64,000 bases of DNA, taken from an uncultured Candidatus Rokubacteria bacterium. Lineage in GTDB: Bacteria > Methylomirabilota > Methylomirabilia > Rokubacteriales > DASRDR01. The notes under the pieces are model-generated. The model was given only the letters and a program-made list of their open reading frames with translations. It did not search any database and had not been told where the DNA came from. Every line of letters starts with the position of its first letter. Positions within the stretch are counted from its first letter, which is position 1. Shown here piece by piece: positions 23,225-36,369 of this stretch. The stretch is taken from the NCBI GenBank assembly GCA_963749975.1, contig CAVVOZ010000009.1, forward strand, positions 8,923 through 72,922, written 5' to 3'. A program made the translations under genes and the position numbers.

Positions 23225-23946
23225 CAGAGGATCTTGCTCAGGAAGGCCTGCGTCCGCGGGTTCTGGGGCCGGTCGAAGATCTCCCCAGGCGAGCCCGCCT
23301 CGACGACCCGGCCCTCGTCCATGAAGACGACGCGGTGGGCGACCTCGCGCGCGAAGCCCATCTCGTGGGTCACGACGAGCATCGTCATTCCCTCGCGCAC
23401 GAGCTGCTTCATGGCGTCCAGGACCTCCCGGACGAGCTCGGGGTCCAGCGCCGACGTGACCTCGTCGAACAGCATGAGCTTCGGCTGCATGGCGAGCGCC
23501 CGCGCGATGGCCACGCGCTGCTGCTGGCCGCCGGACAGCTGCCCCGGGTAGGCGTCCACCTTCTCGGTGAGGCCCACCTTGTCGAGCAGCCGGAGCGCCT
23601 CCTGGCGCACCTCGGCCTCGGGCCGCTTGCGGACGACGATCGGCGCCAGCATCACGTTGCGGAGCGCGGTGAGGTGAGGGAACAGGTTGTAGGACTGGAA
23701 GACGATCCCGACCTCCGCGCGGACCTGGCGGATGTTGGTCCGGTGATGGTCGAGCCGCACGCCGTCGATCCAGATCTCGCCCGACTGCACGGGCTCGAGA
23801 TAGTTGAGGCACCGGAGCAGCGTGCTCTTGCCGGAGCCGCTCGGCCCGATGACCACCACCACCTCGCCGCGCGCGACCTCGAGGGTCACGTCGTCGAGGA
23901 CGTGGAGACGACCGAAGTACTTGTGGACGTGGCTGATCTTAACCAC
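23224..23946 (-). CDS. polar amino acid ABC transporter ATP-binding protein (GlnQ/HisP-like)
   Basis: Walker [10 protein letters not shown], signature [15 protein letters not shown], Walker [14 protein letters not shown]-terminal …[10 protein letters not shown]. Confidence 0.9.
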   Translation of the reverse strand: MVKISHVHKYFGRLHVLDDVTLEVARGEVVVVIGPSGSGKSTLLRCLNYLEPVQSGEIWIDGVRLDHHRTNIRQVRAEVGIVFQSYNLFPHLTALRNVMLAPIVVRKRPEAEVRQEALRLLDKVGLTEKVDAYPGQLSGGQQQRVAIARALAMQPKLMLFDEVTSALDPELVREVLDAMKQLVREGMTMLVVTHEMGFAREVAHRVVFMDEGRVVEAGSPGEIFDRPQNPRTQAFLSKIL

Positions 23947-24613
23947 CGAGCTTGAGCCTCCGCTCCGAATAGAGCGCCAGACGCGACAGGGGGTAGCAGA
24001 TGGCGAAGTAGAGCACCGCCACGATTCCGAACACCTGGAAGGACAGGAACGTCTTCTCCATGAGGATCTGGCCCGCGCGGGTGAGCTCGATGTAGCTCAG
24101 CACCGAGACGACGGACGAGTCCTTGACGAGCCCGATGAAGAGCCCCACACCGGGCGGGATCATCACCCGCAGGGCCTGCGGGAGGACGATCCACCGCATG
24201 ATCTGGACGTACCCCATCCCGAGGCTCCGCGCCGCCTCCCACTGGTCCCGTCCCACCGACTGGATCCCCGCCCGGACGATCTCCGCCATGAAGGCGCTGC
24301 CGTTGATGACCAGCGCGGCGACCCCCGCCCAGAATATCGGCACCTCCACCTTCAGGAGAATCGGGAGCGCGAAGAAGATGACGTAGAGCTGCATGAGGAT
24401 CGGCGAGTCGCGGATCACCTCGATGTACGCCGCCGCGGGCACCCAGAGCCAGGGCCGCTTCGACCCGCGGGCGAGCCCGACGGCGAAGGCGATGACGGAT
24501 CCGATCACGAGCCCGAGCGCGCAGAGCCGCAGCGTGTTCCAGAGCCCCTGGGCCAGGAGCAGGGCGTCCCAGAGGTTCAGCTGATCCTGGACGAAGTTCG
24601 GGACGTTGCCCAT
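23939..24613 (-). CDS. amino acid ABC transporter permease (HisM/GlnP family)
   Basis: 224 aa, 5 TM helices, EAA-like loop …[27 protein letters not shown]…. Confidence 0.85.
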   Translation of the reverse strand: MGNVPNFVQDQLNLWDALLLAQGLWNTLRLCALGLVIGSVIAFAVGLARGSKRPWLWVPAAAYIEVIRDSPILMQLYVIFFALPILLKVEVPIFWAGVAALVINGSAFMAEIVRAGIQSVGRDQWEAARSLGMGYVQIMRWIVLPQALRVMIPPGVGLFIGLVKDSSVVSVLSYIELTRAGQILMEKTFLSFQVFGIVAVLYFAICYPLSRLALYSERRLKLGG

Positions 24614-24614
24614 C

Positions 24615-25283
24615 TCAGGCGGCCTGCCGGAACATGCGCCGACCCAGGAGCTTGAGCGCGGTGGAGATCGTGAGCGTCATCACGACGTACATCGCGGTCA
24701 CCACGATGTAGGTCTCGAACGACCGGAAGTTGCGGGAGATGATCATCTTCCCGCGGAGCGCGAGGTCCTCCACCGCGATCACCGACACCAGGGAGGAGAA
24801 GAGGACGATGCCGACGAACTGGTTGCCGAGGGGCGGATAGATCACGCGGAACGCCTGCGGGAAGATCACGTGGCGCATGCGCTGCGGGTAGCTCATCCCG
24901 AGCGACACGCTCGCGTCGTGCTGACTCTTGGGGATGGCCTCGATTCCCGCCCGCACGATCTCGGTCAGGTAGGCGCCGTTGTTCAGCACGAGGCCGATGA
25001 GGGCGGCCAGGTAGTTGGGGACGTCGATGCTGAGCTGGCCGAGGCCGAAGTAGATGAAGAAGAGCTGGACGAGGAGGGGGGTGTTGCGGACCGCCTCCAC
25101 GTACCAGGTGGCCGGGCGCCGGAGCCACGCGATCCGCGACAGCCGGCACATGGCGCCGAGCGTGCCGATGACGAGGCTCAGGACGAGCGTGAAGAGCGAC
25201 AGGTGGAGCGTCGTGAACGCCCCCTCGAGGAGCGAGGGAAACTCCTGGAACACGAGCCGGAACTGGAAGACGTAGCCGGGCAC
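24615..25283 (-). CDS. amino acid ABC transporter permease (HisQ family)
   Basis: 222 aa. …SVSLGMSYPQRMRHVIFPQAFRVIYPPLGNQFV… is the EAA motif region. Confidence 0.85.
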   Translation of the reverse strand: MPGYVFQFRLVFQEFPSLLEGAFTTLHLSLFTLVLSLVIGTLGAMCRLSRIAWLRRPATWYVEAVRNTPLLVQLFFIYFGLGQLSIDVPNYLAALIGLVLNNGAYLTEIVRAGIEAIPKSQHDASVSLGMSYPQRMRHVIFPQAFRVIYPPLGNQFVGIVLFSSLVSVIAVEDLALRGKMIISRNFRSFETYIVVTAMYVVMTLTISTALKLLGRRMFRQAA

Positions 25284-25367
25284 GGGACGTCAGGGTATCG
25301 GGCGGGACCGCCGGGGCGGTGCCGTCCGGAGCGGGATCCCGCTCCGGACGGCGGGCCCGGGGACCGA

Positions 25368-26192
25368 CTACCAGCTAGGGGAGACCCTGGCCGGCTCGGC
25401 GTTGAACCACTTCTTGTAGAGCTCCTTCATCTTGCCGCTCTGGTGGAGCTTGTAGATGTAGAAGTTCAGGAAGTTGAGCCACTCCTGGTCGCCCTTGCGC
25501 ACCCCGAAGGAGTACGGGTTCAGATCGAACGGCTTCTCGATGAACCCGAGGCTCTTCTTGGGTCGCGGCCCGCGTGGTAGACGGTGTAGGTGTAGTCCTC
25601 GATCTGCGCGTCCGCCTTGCCCTGCTGGACGGCGAGGAGGGCCGCCGAGGCCTGGTCGAACCGAAGGATCTGTGGCCTTCGGCGCCTTCTGCGTCAGGAG
25701 GATCTCGCCGGTGGAGCCGGTCGTGACCGCGACCTTCTTGCCGTTCAGGTCTCGCCAGTCCTTGATCTTCGACGCCTTGTTGTAGATGACGCCGAAGCCG
25801 TCGATCACGTAGGGCTCGGTGAACGTGATGGTCTTCGAGCGCTCGACCGTCGCCGTGAAGTTCGAGATGGCGACGTCGATCTTGCCGGCGACCAGGAAGT
25901 TGATCCGGTCCGGGGCGGTCGGCACCGCCACCAGGGTGAGCTTCACCTTCATCTGCTCGGCGAGATCCTTCGCGATGTCGACGTCCATCCCGACGATGTT
26001 GTTCTGAGCATCGCGGAAGCCCCAGGGAGGAAAGAAGTCGAACGTCCCGACGATCAGCTCGCCCCGCTTGATCACCGACTGCAGCGTGTCCTGCGCCGCT
26101 GGCGCCTGCGCGCTTCCGGTGCTCGGCCAGAGGGCGAGCGCCAGAAGTCCGATCACCGCCAGAGCCCCGATCCGTTTCCTACTCCAGGTCAT
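25368..26192 (-). CDS. periplasmic polar amino acid-binding protein (SBP_bac_3); two compensating frameshifts at ~25570 and ~25676
   Basis: Signal peptide MTWSRKRIGALAVIGLLALALWPSTGSA, then …GELIVGTFDFFPPWGF…VGMDVDIAKDLAEQ…. Between the two indels the alternative frame reads QILRFDQASAALLAVQQGKADAQIEDYTYTVYHAGRDP, which is authentic SBP sequence. Confidence 0.75.
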   Translation of the reverse strand: MTWSRKRIGALAVIGLLALALWPSTGSAQAPAAQDTLQSVIKRGELIVGTFDFFPPWGFRDAQNNIVGMDVDIAKDLAEQMKVKLTLVAVPTAPDRINFLVAGKIDVAISNFTATVERSKTITFTEPYVIDGFGVIYNKASKIKDWRDLNGKKVAVTTGSTGEILLTQKAPKATDPSVRPGLGGPPRRPAGQGGRADRGLHLHRLPRGPRPKKSLGFIEKPFDLNPYSFGVRKGDQEWLNFLNFYIYKLHQSGKMKELYKKWFNAEPARVSPSW

Positions 26193-26411
26193 CTAGGTCC
26201 TCCTGGGTCGACATGCGGCCCATCCCGAGAATGAGTGCGGGCCGCGCGCGCCGCAGTGGCGAACGAGGTCCAACAGTGATCGGACCACACGGGGTATTCG
26301 CTGTCAACGGGATCGCGCGCGGTCCGGCCGCCGATTCTCGCGCCCGTGATGCCGGCGGCGGGCTCCGGCACTCCGGCCCGGCGCCGGGGCGGGCGGTGGT
26401 AGACTTCGTTC

Positions 26412-27485
26412 ATGCCCGCCCGGGTCGCGGTCCTGCGTACCAGTCCCGACACCGTCGTCGGCGACTACGGGCGTCTCATGCGGCTCGCCGGGTACCAGGC
26501 GGTCCTGCCGCGGGACGGAGAGCTCCTCCTCAAGCTCAACCTCTCGTGGACCAAGTACTTTCCCGCGTGCTCGACGCAGCCGTGGCAGCTCGACGGCGTG
26601 GTCCGGACGCTGCTCGAGGACGGGTACCGGCCGGAGCGGATCCATCCGGTCGAGAACAAGACCGTGGTCACCAACCCGCGCAAGGGGGTCGTCGCCAACA
26701 AGTGGGGGCCGATCCTGGACCGTCACGGCCTGCCCTTCATCCCGCTGCCCGAGGTGGAGTGGATCGTCTACCCCTTCAAGAGTCCGCTCCTGAAGCTGAA
26801 CCGCATCTTTCCGGAGGGGATCGAGATTCCCAAGATGTACGTCGGCGCGAGCGTGCTTCACATGCCGACGGTGAAGACGCACGGGCACTCCACGACGACC
26901 GGCGCGGTCAAGAACGCGTTCGGCGGGCTCCTGAAGGAGGTCCGCCACTACGCGCACGAGTTCATCCACGAGGTCCTGGTCGATCTGCTCTACATGCAGC
27001 GGGAGCTCCACCCGGGCGTGTTCGCCGTCATGGACGGCACCGTGGTGGGGGACGGGGCGGGTCCGCGCACCATGCTCCCGCGCGAGGGGAACCTCATCCT
27101 CGCCTCGGCCGACTCCGTGGCGATCGACGCGATCGCGGCGCGCCTCATGGGCTACGACCCGCTCGCCATCCCGTACCTCCGCATGGCCCACGAGCGGGGA
27201 CTCGGGGTGGCCGATCCGCGGGAGATCGAGCTGGTCGGCGACGACGTGGCCGACGTGAACTTCCGATGCCAGACGTCCCGGAGCCTGGTGATCTGGGGAG
27301 ACCAGCTGATCCGGAAGGGCCCGCTCCGACCGCTCAAGCACCTCCTGCTCCACTCGCCCCTGGTGGTCTGGGCGCCGTTCGCCTCGAACGTCTACCACGA
27401 CCTCCTGTGGTACCCGACCGTGGGCCAGAGGCGCATCCGGGCCTTCGCGAACACCGGCTGGGGACGGCTCTTCGCGCGGTACTGA
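26412..27485 (+). CDS. DUF362 domain-containing protein
   Basis: 357 aa. …MYVGASVLHMPTVKTHGHSTTTGAVKNAFGGLL…VMDGTVVGDGAGP… is the DUF362 core. Confidence 0.7.
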   Translation: MPARVAVLRTSPDTVVGDYGRLMRLAGYQAVLPRDGELLLKLNLSWTKYFPACSTQPWQLDGVVRTLLEDGYRPERIHPVENKTVVTNPRKGVVANKWGPILDRHGLPFIPLPEVEWIVYPFKSPLLKLNRIFPEGIEIPKMYVGASVLHMPTVKTHGHSTTTGAVKNAFGGLLKEVRHYAHEFIHEVLVDLLYMQRELHPGVFAVMDGTVVGDGAGPRTMLPREGNLILASADSVAIDAIAARLMGYDPLAIPYLRMAHERGLGVADPREIELVGDDVADVNFRCQTSRSLVIWGDQLIRKGPLRPLKHLLLHSPLVVWAPFASNVYHDLLWYPTVGQRRIRAFANTGWGRLFARY

Positions 27486-27583
27486 CGCGCCGGCCGGGCG
27501 GGCGGGTCCGGGCGGCCTCGGTCGCCCGCCGGCGGGTCCAGGTTCCGCTTTCTTGAGACCAGGGGCCGACTTCCTCTAAAATC

Positions 27584-29043
27584 GTGTCCTCCATGGCAGA
27601 ATCCGTTCGCGTCCGCTTCGCGCCGAGCCCGACCGGGCACCTTCACGTCGGAGGGGCGCGGACGGCGCTCTTCAACTGGCTGTTCGCCCGCCATCACGGC
27701 GGGGTCTTCCTCCTCCGGATCGAGGACACCGACCGCGACCGGTCGACCGACGAGGCGATCCAGCAGATCCTCGGCGCGATGACCTGGCTCGGGCTCGACT
27801 GGGACCCGGAGGGCCCGGAGGACGACGGCGCGTACCGCGGGTACTTCCGGCAGACCAGCCGGTTCGAGATCTACCGGGCCCACGCCGAGCGTCTCCTCGC
27901 CGAGGGCCGGGCCTACCGCTGCTACTGCACGCCGGAGGAGCTTGACGCGCGGCGGGAGGCGGCCCAGGCGCGCGGGGAGACCTTCCGCTACGACGGCCGC
28001 TGCCGCGACCTCCCGCCTCGTCCCGGCGTGCCCGCGGCGCTCCGGCTCCGGATCCCGGACGCGGGCACGACGGTCGTGCCCGATCTGATCCACGGGGACG
28101 TGACGTTCGACCGCGCCACCCTCGACGACTGGATCCTCGTCCGGTCGGACGGGACGCCGACCTACAACTTCTGCGTGGTTGTCGACGACGTCACCACGAA
28201 GATCACCCACGTGATCCGGGGCAACGACCACCTCTCGAACACGCCGAAGCAGATCCTCTGCTACGAGGCGCTCGGGTACGCGCAGCCGGTGTTCGCCCAC
28301 ATCCCGATGATCCTCGGCCCGGACCGGAAGCGCCTGTCCAAGCGCCACGGGGCGACGTCCGTCCTCGCGTTCCGGGACGAGGGGTTCCTGCCCGAGGCGA
28401 TGGTGAACTACTTCGCCCGGCTCGGGTGGGCCCACGGGGACCAGGAGGTCTTCACCCGGGACGAGCTGATCCGCCTCTTCGACCTCCGGCAGGTCGGCGC
28501 CACGCCGGCGATCTTCGACCGGACGAAGCTCGAGTGGCTCAATCAGGTGTGGATGAAGCGGCTCGTCGAGGATCTGTCCGGTCGCAAGCGCCTGGCCGAG
28601 AACTTCTTCATACATCTGCAGGGGGCCGAGATTGAGAATCCGCCAATGCGCTTGGTCGAGAGCGCAGTCGTCAATCTGACGACGCGGGCGACGACGCTCG
28701 CCGCCATGGTCCCGAAGGCGCGGTTCTACTTCGAGGACCCGACGGACTACGACCCGACCGCGTTCGGGAAGCTGGTGACGCCGACGCTCGGGCCGCGCCT
28801 GGACCGGCTCCTCGCTCGCCTGACGAGCCTCGAGCCCTGGGACGGAGACCGAGCTCGAGGGCGCGTGCCGGCAGCTCGTCGGTGAGCTCGGTGTGAAGCT
28901 GGTCGATCTCGCGCAACCGATCCGCCTCGCGCTGACGGGCGAGACCGCGAGCCCCCCCATCTTCGGGATCATGGCCGACCTGGGATCGGGAGACGGCGCT
29001 GCGCCGCCTCCGGGCGTTCCGGGCTCGCGTGCCGCGGGCGTAG
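27584..29043 (+). CDS. gltX: glutamate--tRNA ligase; two frameshifts near 3' end (~28850, ~28988)
   Basis: HIGH motif PSPTGHLHVGGARTALFNW and KMSKS motif KLSKRHG. The C-terminus continues in frame 3 (TELEGACRQLVGELGVKLVDLAQPIRLALTGETASPPIFGIMADLG), then frame 1 (RETALRRLRAFRARVPRA*), with TAG at 29041-29043. Confidence 0.85.
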
Positions 29044-29051
29044 GCGCCACG

Positions 29052-29675
29052 ATGGAGCTCTGGCTGGTGCGGCACGGCGAGTCCACCTGGAACTCGGTCG
29101 GGCGCTTTCAGGGCGGGCTCGACGCCCCGCTGTCGCCCCGCGGCCACGCGCAGGCCGCGGCCCTCGCCGCCGGACTCACCCAGACCCGGTTCGACGCGCT
29201 CTACACGAGCCCGCTCCGCCGCGCGCGCGACACGGCCGGGGCGTGCCGGCCCGCGCTCGGCCTCGAGCCGGTCGCGATGGATGACTTGCGGGAGGTCGGG
29301 CTGGGCGCCTGGGAGGGCCTCACGCTCGAGACGGTGCTGGCGCAGGACGGGGAGCGCTACCGGCGCTGGCTCGAGGCGCCCGTCGACCACCCGCCCCCCG
29401 GCGGTGAGCCCATGGCGGGTCTCGCGACGCGGGTGCGGACCGCGCTCGACGGGCTCTGCCGTCGGCACCCCGAGGGGCGCGTGCTCGTGGTCTCGCATGG
29501 AGGCGCGATCTCGAGCGCCCTCTGCGGGTGGCTCGGCCGGCCGCTCAACGCGATCTGGTCGCTCAGGCTCGACAACGCATCCATCACCCGTGTCGTGCTG
29601 CCGGCGGGCCAGCTGCTCGCGCTGAACGAGACCGGTCACCTGGCCGACGTCGCCAGGGAGACGGTCGCCCCGTGA
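29052..29675 (+). CDS. histidine phosphatase family protein (phosphoglycerate mutase/alpha-ribazole phosphatase-like)
   Basis: MELWLVRHGESTWNSVGRFQGGLDAPLSPRGHAQA…VVSHGGAI carries the RHG catalytic motif. Confidence 0.75.
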   Translation: MELWLVRHGESTWNSVGRFQGGLDAPLSPRGHAQAAALAAGLTQTRFDALYTSPLRRARDTAGACRPALGLEPVAMDDLREVGLGAWEGLTLETVLAQDGERYRRWLEAPVDHPPPGGEPMAGLATRVRTALDGLCRRHPEGRVLVVSHGGAISSALCGWLGRPLNAIWSLRLDNASITRVVLPAGQLLALNETGHLADVARETVAP

Positions 29676-31278
29676 CCTCGCGGCTCCTGATCGTCCTCCT
29701 CGGCGGGATGGCGCTGCTCCTCTACGGGATGCAGCACACCGGGGACGGGCTCCAGCGGCTCGCGGGCGCCCGCCTCCGCCAGGTGCTGACCCATCTGACC
29801 GCGAACCGGTTCGTGGCCCTCCTGACCGGCGCCGCGGCGACCGCCCTGATCCAGTCGTCGACCGCGACCACGATCATGGTGATCGGGTTCGTCCAGGCGG
29901 GGCTTCTCACCCTCTACCAGGCGATGGGCATCATCCTGGGGGCGGACATCGGGACGACGTTCACCGTCCAGCTGCTGGCGTTCCACATCTACGACTACGC
30001 GCTCCTCTTCGTCGGGATCGGGTTCGCGATGACCTTCCTCGGCAAGCGGCGGCTCCTCAAGGATCTCGGGCACGCCGTCCTCGGGTTCGGGCTGATCTTC
30101 CTCGGGTTGAAGCTGATGATCGAGGGGATGGCGCCGCTCAAGGACAACGCCATCCTCGCCCAGGCGCTGCTCGCCTTCGCCGAGACGCCGATCCTCGGCG
30201 TCGCCGCCTCCGCGGCGTTCGCGGCCCTGGTCGCGTCCTCGGCGGCCACGATCGGGCTCGTGATCGCGCTGGCCTCGCACGGGCTCCTCACCCTGCCCGG
30301 CGCGCTCCCGCTCGTCCTGGGCGCCAACATCGGCACCTGCGTGACGGCGCTCACCGCGTCGCTCGGCTCCTCGACGGAGGCGCGGCGGGTCGCCGCGGCC
30401 CACGTGGGCTTCAAGCTCCTCGGGGTGGCGATCGTGCTCCCGTTCCTCGATCCGTTCGTCGGGCTCGTGGCCGCCAGCGCGGCGGATCCCGCGCGCCAGA
30501 TCGCCAACGCCCACACCTTCTTCAACGTGGCGATCTCGCTCCTGTTCCTTCCCTTCCAGCCGCTGGCCGCCCGGGCGATCATCGCGGCCGTGCCGGACCG
30601 GCCGGAAGCGGAGCAGCGCTTCGGCACGCGCTACCTGGACGCGCGGTTCATGGAGCAGCCGAGCCTCGCGATCGGCCAGGCCTCCCGCGAGGCGTCGCGG
30701 ATGGCGGACATCGTCCAGGGGATGCTCCGAGACGCCGCCGGCGTCTTCCGCACCGGAAGCCAGGAGCTCCTCGAGGAAGTGGTGCGGCGCGACGACCAGG
30801 TGGACTACCTCGAGCGGGAGGTCAAGCTGTACCTCACGCGGCTGGACCGCCAGATCATGACCGAGGATCTCGCGCGCCGGGAGATCGCGCTCCTCGGGTT
30901 CATCGGCAACCTCGAGAACATCGGCGACATCATCGACAAGAACCTCATGGAGCTTGCCCGGAAGAAGCTCTACCAGGGCCGCCGCTTCTCGGAGCCCGGC
31001 GAGGCGGAGCTCATGGAGTTCCACGCGCTCGTCTCGAAGAACTTCGAGCGCGCGGTCGTGGCGTTCACGGCCAGCGACCGCACGCTGGCCCACGAGGTCC
31101 TCGACCAGCGGCCCGTGGTCCGCCAGCGGGAGCGGGAGCTCCGGCAGTCCCACATCGACCGTCTCCGGGCCGGGCTGGCCGAGTCCGTCGAGACCTCGGA
31201 GATCCACCTGGACGTCCTCACGAACCTCAAGCGCATCAGCTCCCACGTGACGGCGCTGGTGTATCCGATCGTCGAGCA

Positions 31279-31282
<4 letters not shown>
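29672..31282 (+). CDS. Na/Pi cotransporter family protein with C-terminal PhoU-like domains
   Basis: GTG 29672, overlapping the previous stop as GTGA. Two NptA-type repeats (…QSSTATTIMVIGFV… / …SSAATIGLVIAL…) and PhoU-like helices (…DDQVDYLEREVKLYL…). Confidence 0.85.
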
Positions 31283-33149
<1,867 letters not shown>

Positions 33150-33242
33150 CCCGCCCCTCGCCCCCGGCGTCACGCGCTGGGTGGAGGCGACGGCCGCGCG
33201 GCTCCGGCCTCCCGGCGGGGCCCGCGCGCACGGGGGGGCGAT

Positions 33243-36200
33243 GTGCTGACGGAACACCCGGCCCGCGCGGGGCTCCCGCCGGCCGCCGACTTTCTCGATC
33301 CGGCGGTGCCGCCGCCGGCCTGCCTCGCGGCACTCGGGCATCTGGGCTTCGTCGACCCCGCCGGCGCGCTCGCGAACCTCCGCCGGCTCGCCGAGACGCC
33401 CGACCTGCGCGACCAGGTGGCGGCACTCCTGCCGCGGCTCCTCCACCACCTGGGCGCCTCGGCCGATCCCGACATGGCGCTCAACAACCTCGAGCGCCTC
33501 GCCGCGGCCGCGCTCGACCGGCGCGGCTTCTATGCCCTGCTCGCCGCCCACCCGGAGGCCATCCCGATCCTGACGACGCTCGTCGCGACGAGCCAGTTCC
33601 TGGCCGACGCGCTGATCCGCTCCCCGCAGACGGTTCCCTGGCTCCTCGATCCTGGCGTGATGCGGACGCGCTCTCGCGAGGCGATGCACGCGGAGGTGGC
33701 CGGCGCCTGCCGTCCGTTCCGGACCGACGAGGCACGGCTCAACGCGCTCCGGCGGGTGAAGCGCCGCGAGCTGTGCCGGATCGGCCTCCGGGACCTGCTC
33801 GGGGACGCGGATCTCGTGACGACCACCCAGGAGCTGTCGGAGCTGGCCGACGCGTGTCTGGCGCAGGCCCGGGCGATGGTGGAGCCGGCTCTCCACGCGC
33901 GCTACGGGCGGCCGGCGCACGTCGCCCCGGACGGCCAGCGGATGCCCACCGGGTTCGCGGTGATCGCGCTCGGCAAGCACGGGGGCGCCGAGCTCAACTA
34001 CTCGTCCGACATCGACCTCTGCTTCGTCTACGAGGACGAGGGCGAGACGGACGGGCCGGAGGTCGTGTCGAGCCGGGCGTACTTCGCGCGCCTGGCCGAG
34101 CATCTGGTGGGGGCGCTGACCGCGATGACGGAGGAGGGCACGGTCTACCGGGTCGACCTCCGGCTCCGGCCCGAGGGGACCGGCGGCCCGCTGGCGCTCC
34201 CGCTCGCCGCCTACCGCGCCTACCATGCGACGCGCGGGGCCCTCTGGGAGCGCCAGGCGCTGATCAAGGCACGGATGGCCACCGGGGACGAGCGGGTGGG
34301 GCAGGCGTTTCTCGATCTGGCGCGCGAGATCGTCTACCGACCCGGGCTCGAGCGCGAGGCGCTCGGAGAGATCCGGGCGATGAAGAACCGGATCGACCGG
34401 CGTCTGCGCGCGCGGGGACAGCAGGAGCGCCACGTCAAGCTCGGCGTGGGCGGGATCCGCGACATCGAGTTCCACATCCAGGCCCTCCAGCTCCTCTACG
34501 GCGGGCAGGATCCCTGGCTCCGCGAGCGGAACAGCTTGCGGGCCCTCCACCGGCTCGCCGAGCGCGGCTACCTGTCCTGGGAGGAGTCGGGGCGGCTCGC
34601 GCACGGCTACGTCTTCCTGCGGACGATCGAGCACCGCCTCCAGATCCTCCACGCGCTCCAGACACACACGCTGCCTGCCGATCCGAACGAGCTCGCGAAG
34701 CTGGCGCGGCGCCTCGGCTACACGGGGGACCGGGAGGCCGTCGCGCGCACGTTCCTCCTCGACTACGACCGGACGCGCCGGACGGTCCGCACCGCGTTCG
34801 AGGGGTTCTTCGACGCTCCTGGGCGGGAGGTGCCGGAGGCGCCGCCGTGGGACGCGGCGGCCGTCGCCGCGGTCGGCTTCGCCGATCCCGAGCGCGCGCG
34901 TCAGAACCTCCGGCTCCTCTGGGAAGGTCCGGCGCTGGTGGCGGTCCCTGCGGCTGTCCGGACCGCGCTCCGCACGCTGCTCCCCGCCACGCTCGCCGCG
35001 CTCGGGACGGTGCCGGATCCGGACGCGGCCCTCGATGCGCTCGAGCGCTTCGTCGCCACCGCGGGGCCGCGGACGGCCTACCTCGCCCGGCTGGCCTCGA
35101 CCCCGGCGCTGCTCGGCGGGATGCTCACGTTCTTCACGCGGTCGGAGCGGCTCGCGCAGACGCTGATCTCGCGGCCGGAGCTGCTCGACGCGCTGGGCCC
35201 GGCGGCCGGGACCCGGCCCCGGTCCGCGCGCCTTCTCCGGGCGGCGTTCCGCGAGTTCGCCGCCCCGGGGGCGGACGCCGCCGACCGGCTCCGGCTCTTC
35301 AAGCAGCGGGAGGAGCTCGAGATCGCCTGGCGCGACCTCGTCCTCGGCGAGCGGCCGACCCGGGTCGCGTGGGCGCTCGGCGAGCTGGCCGAGGCGAGCG
35401 TCGGCATCGCCTGGGAGCTTGCCGTCGCCGAGGCTCGAGCCGCCCGGGGCGAGCCCCTGGTCGACGGGCGACCCGTGCCGGCGCTGGTCGTCGGCATGGG
35501 CAAGCTCGGGGGCCGTGAGCTCGACTACGGGTCCGACCTCGACCTGGTCGTCCTCTACGACGGGCCGCGTGAGACCGACCCGGAGGCGCACGTCTACTTC
35601 GACCGGGTGGTCGACCGCCTCTACACCATCCTGACCGCGATCACGCGGACGGGCCAGGTGTTCCGCGTGGACCTCCGCCTCCGCCAGGGCGGCAAGGCCA
35701 CGGCGCTCGCTCACTCCCTGGAGACGCTCGACCGCTACCTCCGGGAGGAGGCGGCCCTCTGGGAGCGCCAGGCGCTCGTGCGCGCCCGGCCGATCCTCGG
35801 CGACCCGACGCTCGCCCGGCGCTTCATGGCGCTCCGCCGCACGCGGGTCTTCGGCCCCGGGCTCTCGGAGGACGAGCGCGCGGAGATCCACCACGTCCGG
35901 ATGCGCATGGAGCGGGAGCTCGGGCGGGAGGGGCCCGGGCGCATCCACCTCAAGTTCGGCGCCGGCGGGCTCGTGGACGTCGAGTTCCTGGTCCAGGTCC
36001 TCCAGCTGACCCACGGCGCGCGCCACGGGACGCTCCGGACGCCGTCGACGCGCCTCGCCCTCGCGCGTCTCGGCGCGCTCGGACTCCTGCCGGATGCCAC
36101 CGCCCGCGGGCTCCTGGAAGCCTACGAGTTCCTTCGCCGGCTCCTCCGGTCGCTGCGCCTCGGCCAGGCGCGGCCGGCCGACTGTCTCCCGACGACGGGC

Positions 36201-36326
36201 CACGTGCTCGCGCGGCTCGCGCGGGAGGCCGGCCTCGATGGCGGCCGGGCGCTCCTCGCGCGCCACCGCGAGGTGGCGGAGTTCGTACGGGCGGAGTATT
36301 TTCGGGTCGTGGGAGGGGACGCGTGA
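33243..36326 (+). CDS. glnE: bifunctional glutamine synthetase adenylyltransferase/adenylyl-removing enzyme
   Basis: 1027 aa. Two GlnE nucleotidyltransferase repeats (…ALGKHGGAELNYSSDIDLCFVYED… / …MGKLGGRELDYGSDLDLVVLYDG…) each followed by a GlnD_UR_UTase-like helical domain. Immediately downstream of glnB. Confidence 0.85.
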   Translation: MLTEHPARAGLPPAADFLDPAVPPPACLAALGHLGFVDPAGALANLRRLAETPDLRDQVAALLPRLLHHLGASADPDMALNNLERLAAAALDRRGFYALLAAHPEAIPILTTLVATSQFLADALIRSPQTVPWLLDPGVMRTRSREAMHAEVAGACRPFRTDEARLNALRRVKRRELCRIGLRDLLGDADLVTTTQELSELADACLAQARAMVEPALHARYGRPAHVAPDGQRMPTGFAVIALGKHGGAELNYSSDIDLCFVYEDEGETDGPEVVSSRAYFARLAEHLVGALTAMTEEGTVYRVDLRLRPEGTGGPLALPLAAYRAYHATRGALWERQALIKARMATGDERVGQAFLDLAREIVYRPGLEREALGEIRAMKNRIDRRLRARGQQERHVKLGVGGIRDIEFHIQALQLLYGGQDPWLRERNSLRALHRLAERGYLSWEESGRLAHGYVFLRTIEHRLQILHALQTHTLPADPNELAKLARRLGYTGDREAVARTFLLDYDRTRRTVRTAFEGFFDAPGREVPEAPPWDAAAVAAVGFADPERARQNLRLLWEGPALVAVPAAVRTALRTLLPATLAALGTVPDPDAALDALERFVATAGPRTAYLARLASTPALLGGMLTFFTRSERLAQTLISRPELLDALGPAAGTRPRSARLLRAAFREFAAPGADAADRLRLFKQREELEIAWRDLVLGERPTRVAWALGELAEASVGIAWELAVAEARAARGEPLVDGRPVPALVVGMGKLGGRELDYGSDLDLVVLYDGPRETDPEAHVYFDRVVDRLYTILTAITRTGQVFRVDLRLRQGGKATALAHSLETLDRYLREEAALWERQALVRARPILGDPTLARRFMALRRTRVFGPGLSEDERAEIHHVRMRMERELGREGPGRIHLKFGAGGLVDVEFLVQVLQLTHGARHGTLRTPSTRLALARLGALGLLPDATARGLLEAYEFLRRLLRSLRLGQARPADCLPTTGHVLARLAREAGLDGGRALLARHREVAEFVRAEYFRVVGGDA

Positions 36327-36369
36327 GCCCGCAGGCCGAAGGCCGTCCGCAAGCGAAGGCTCGAGCCCA

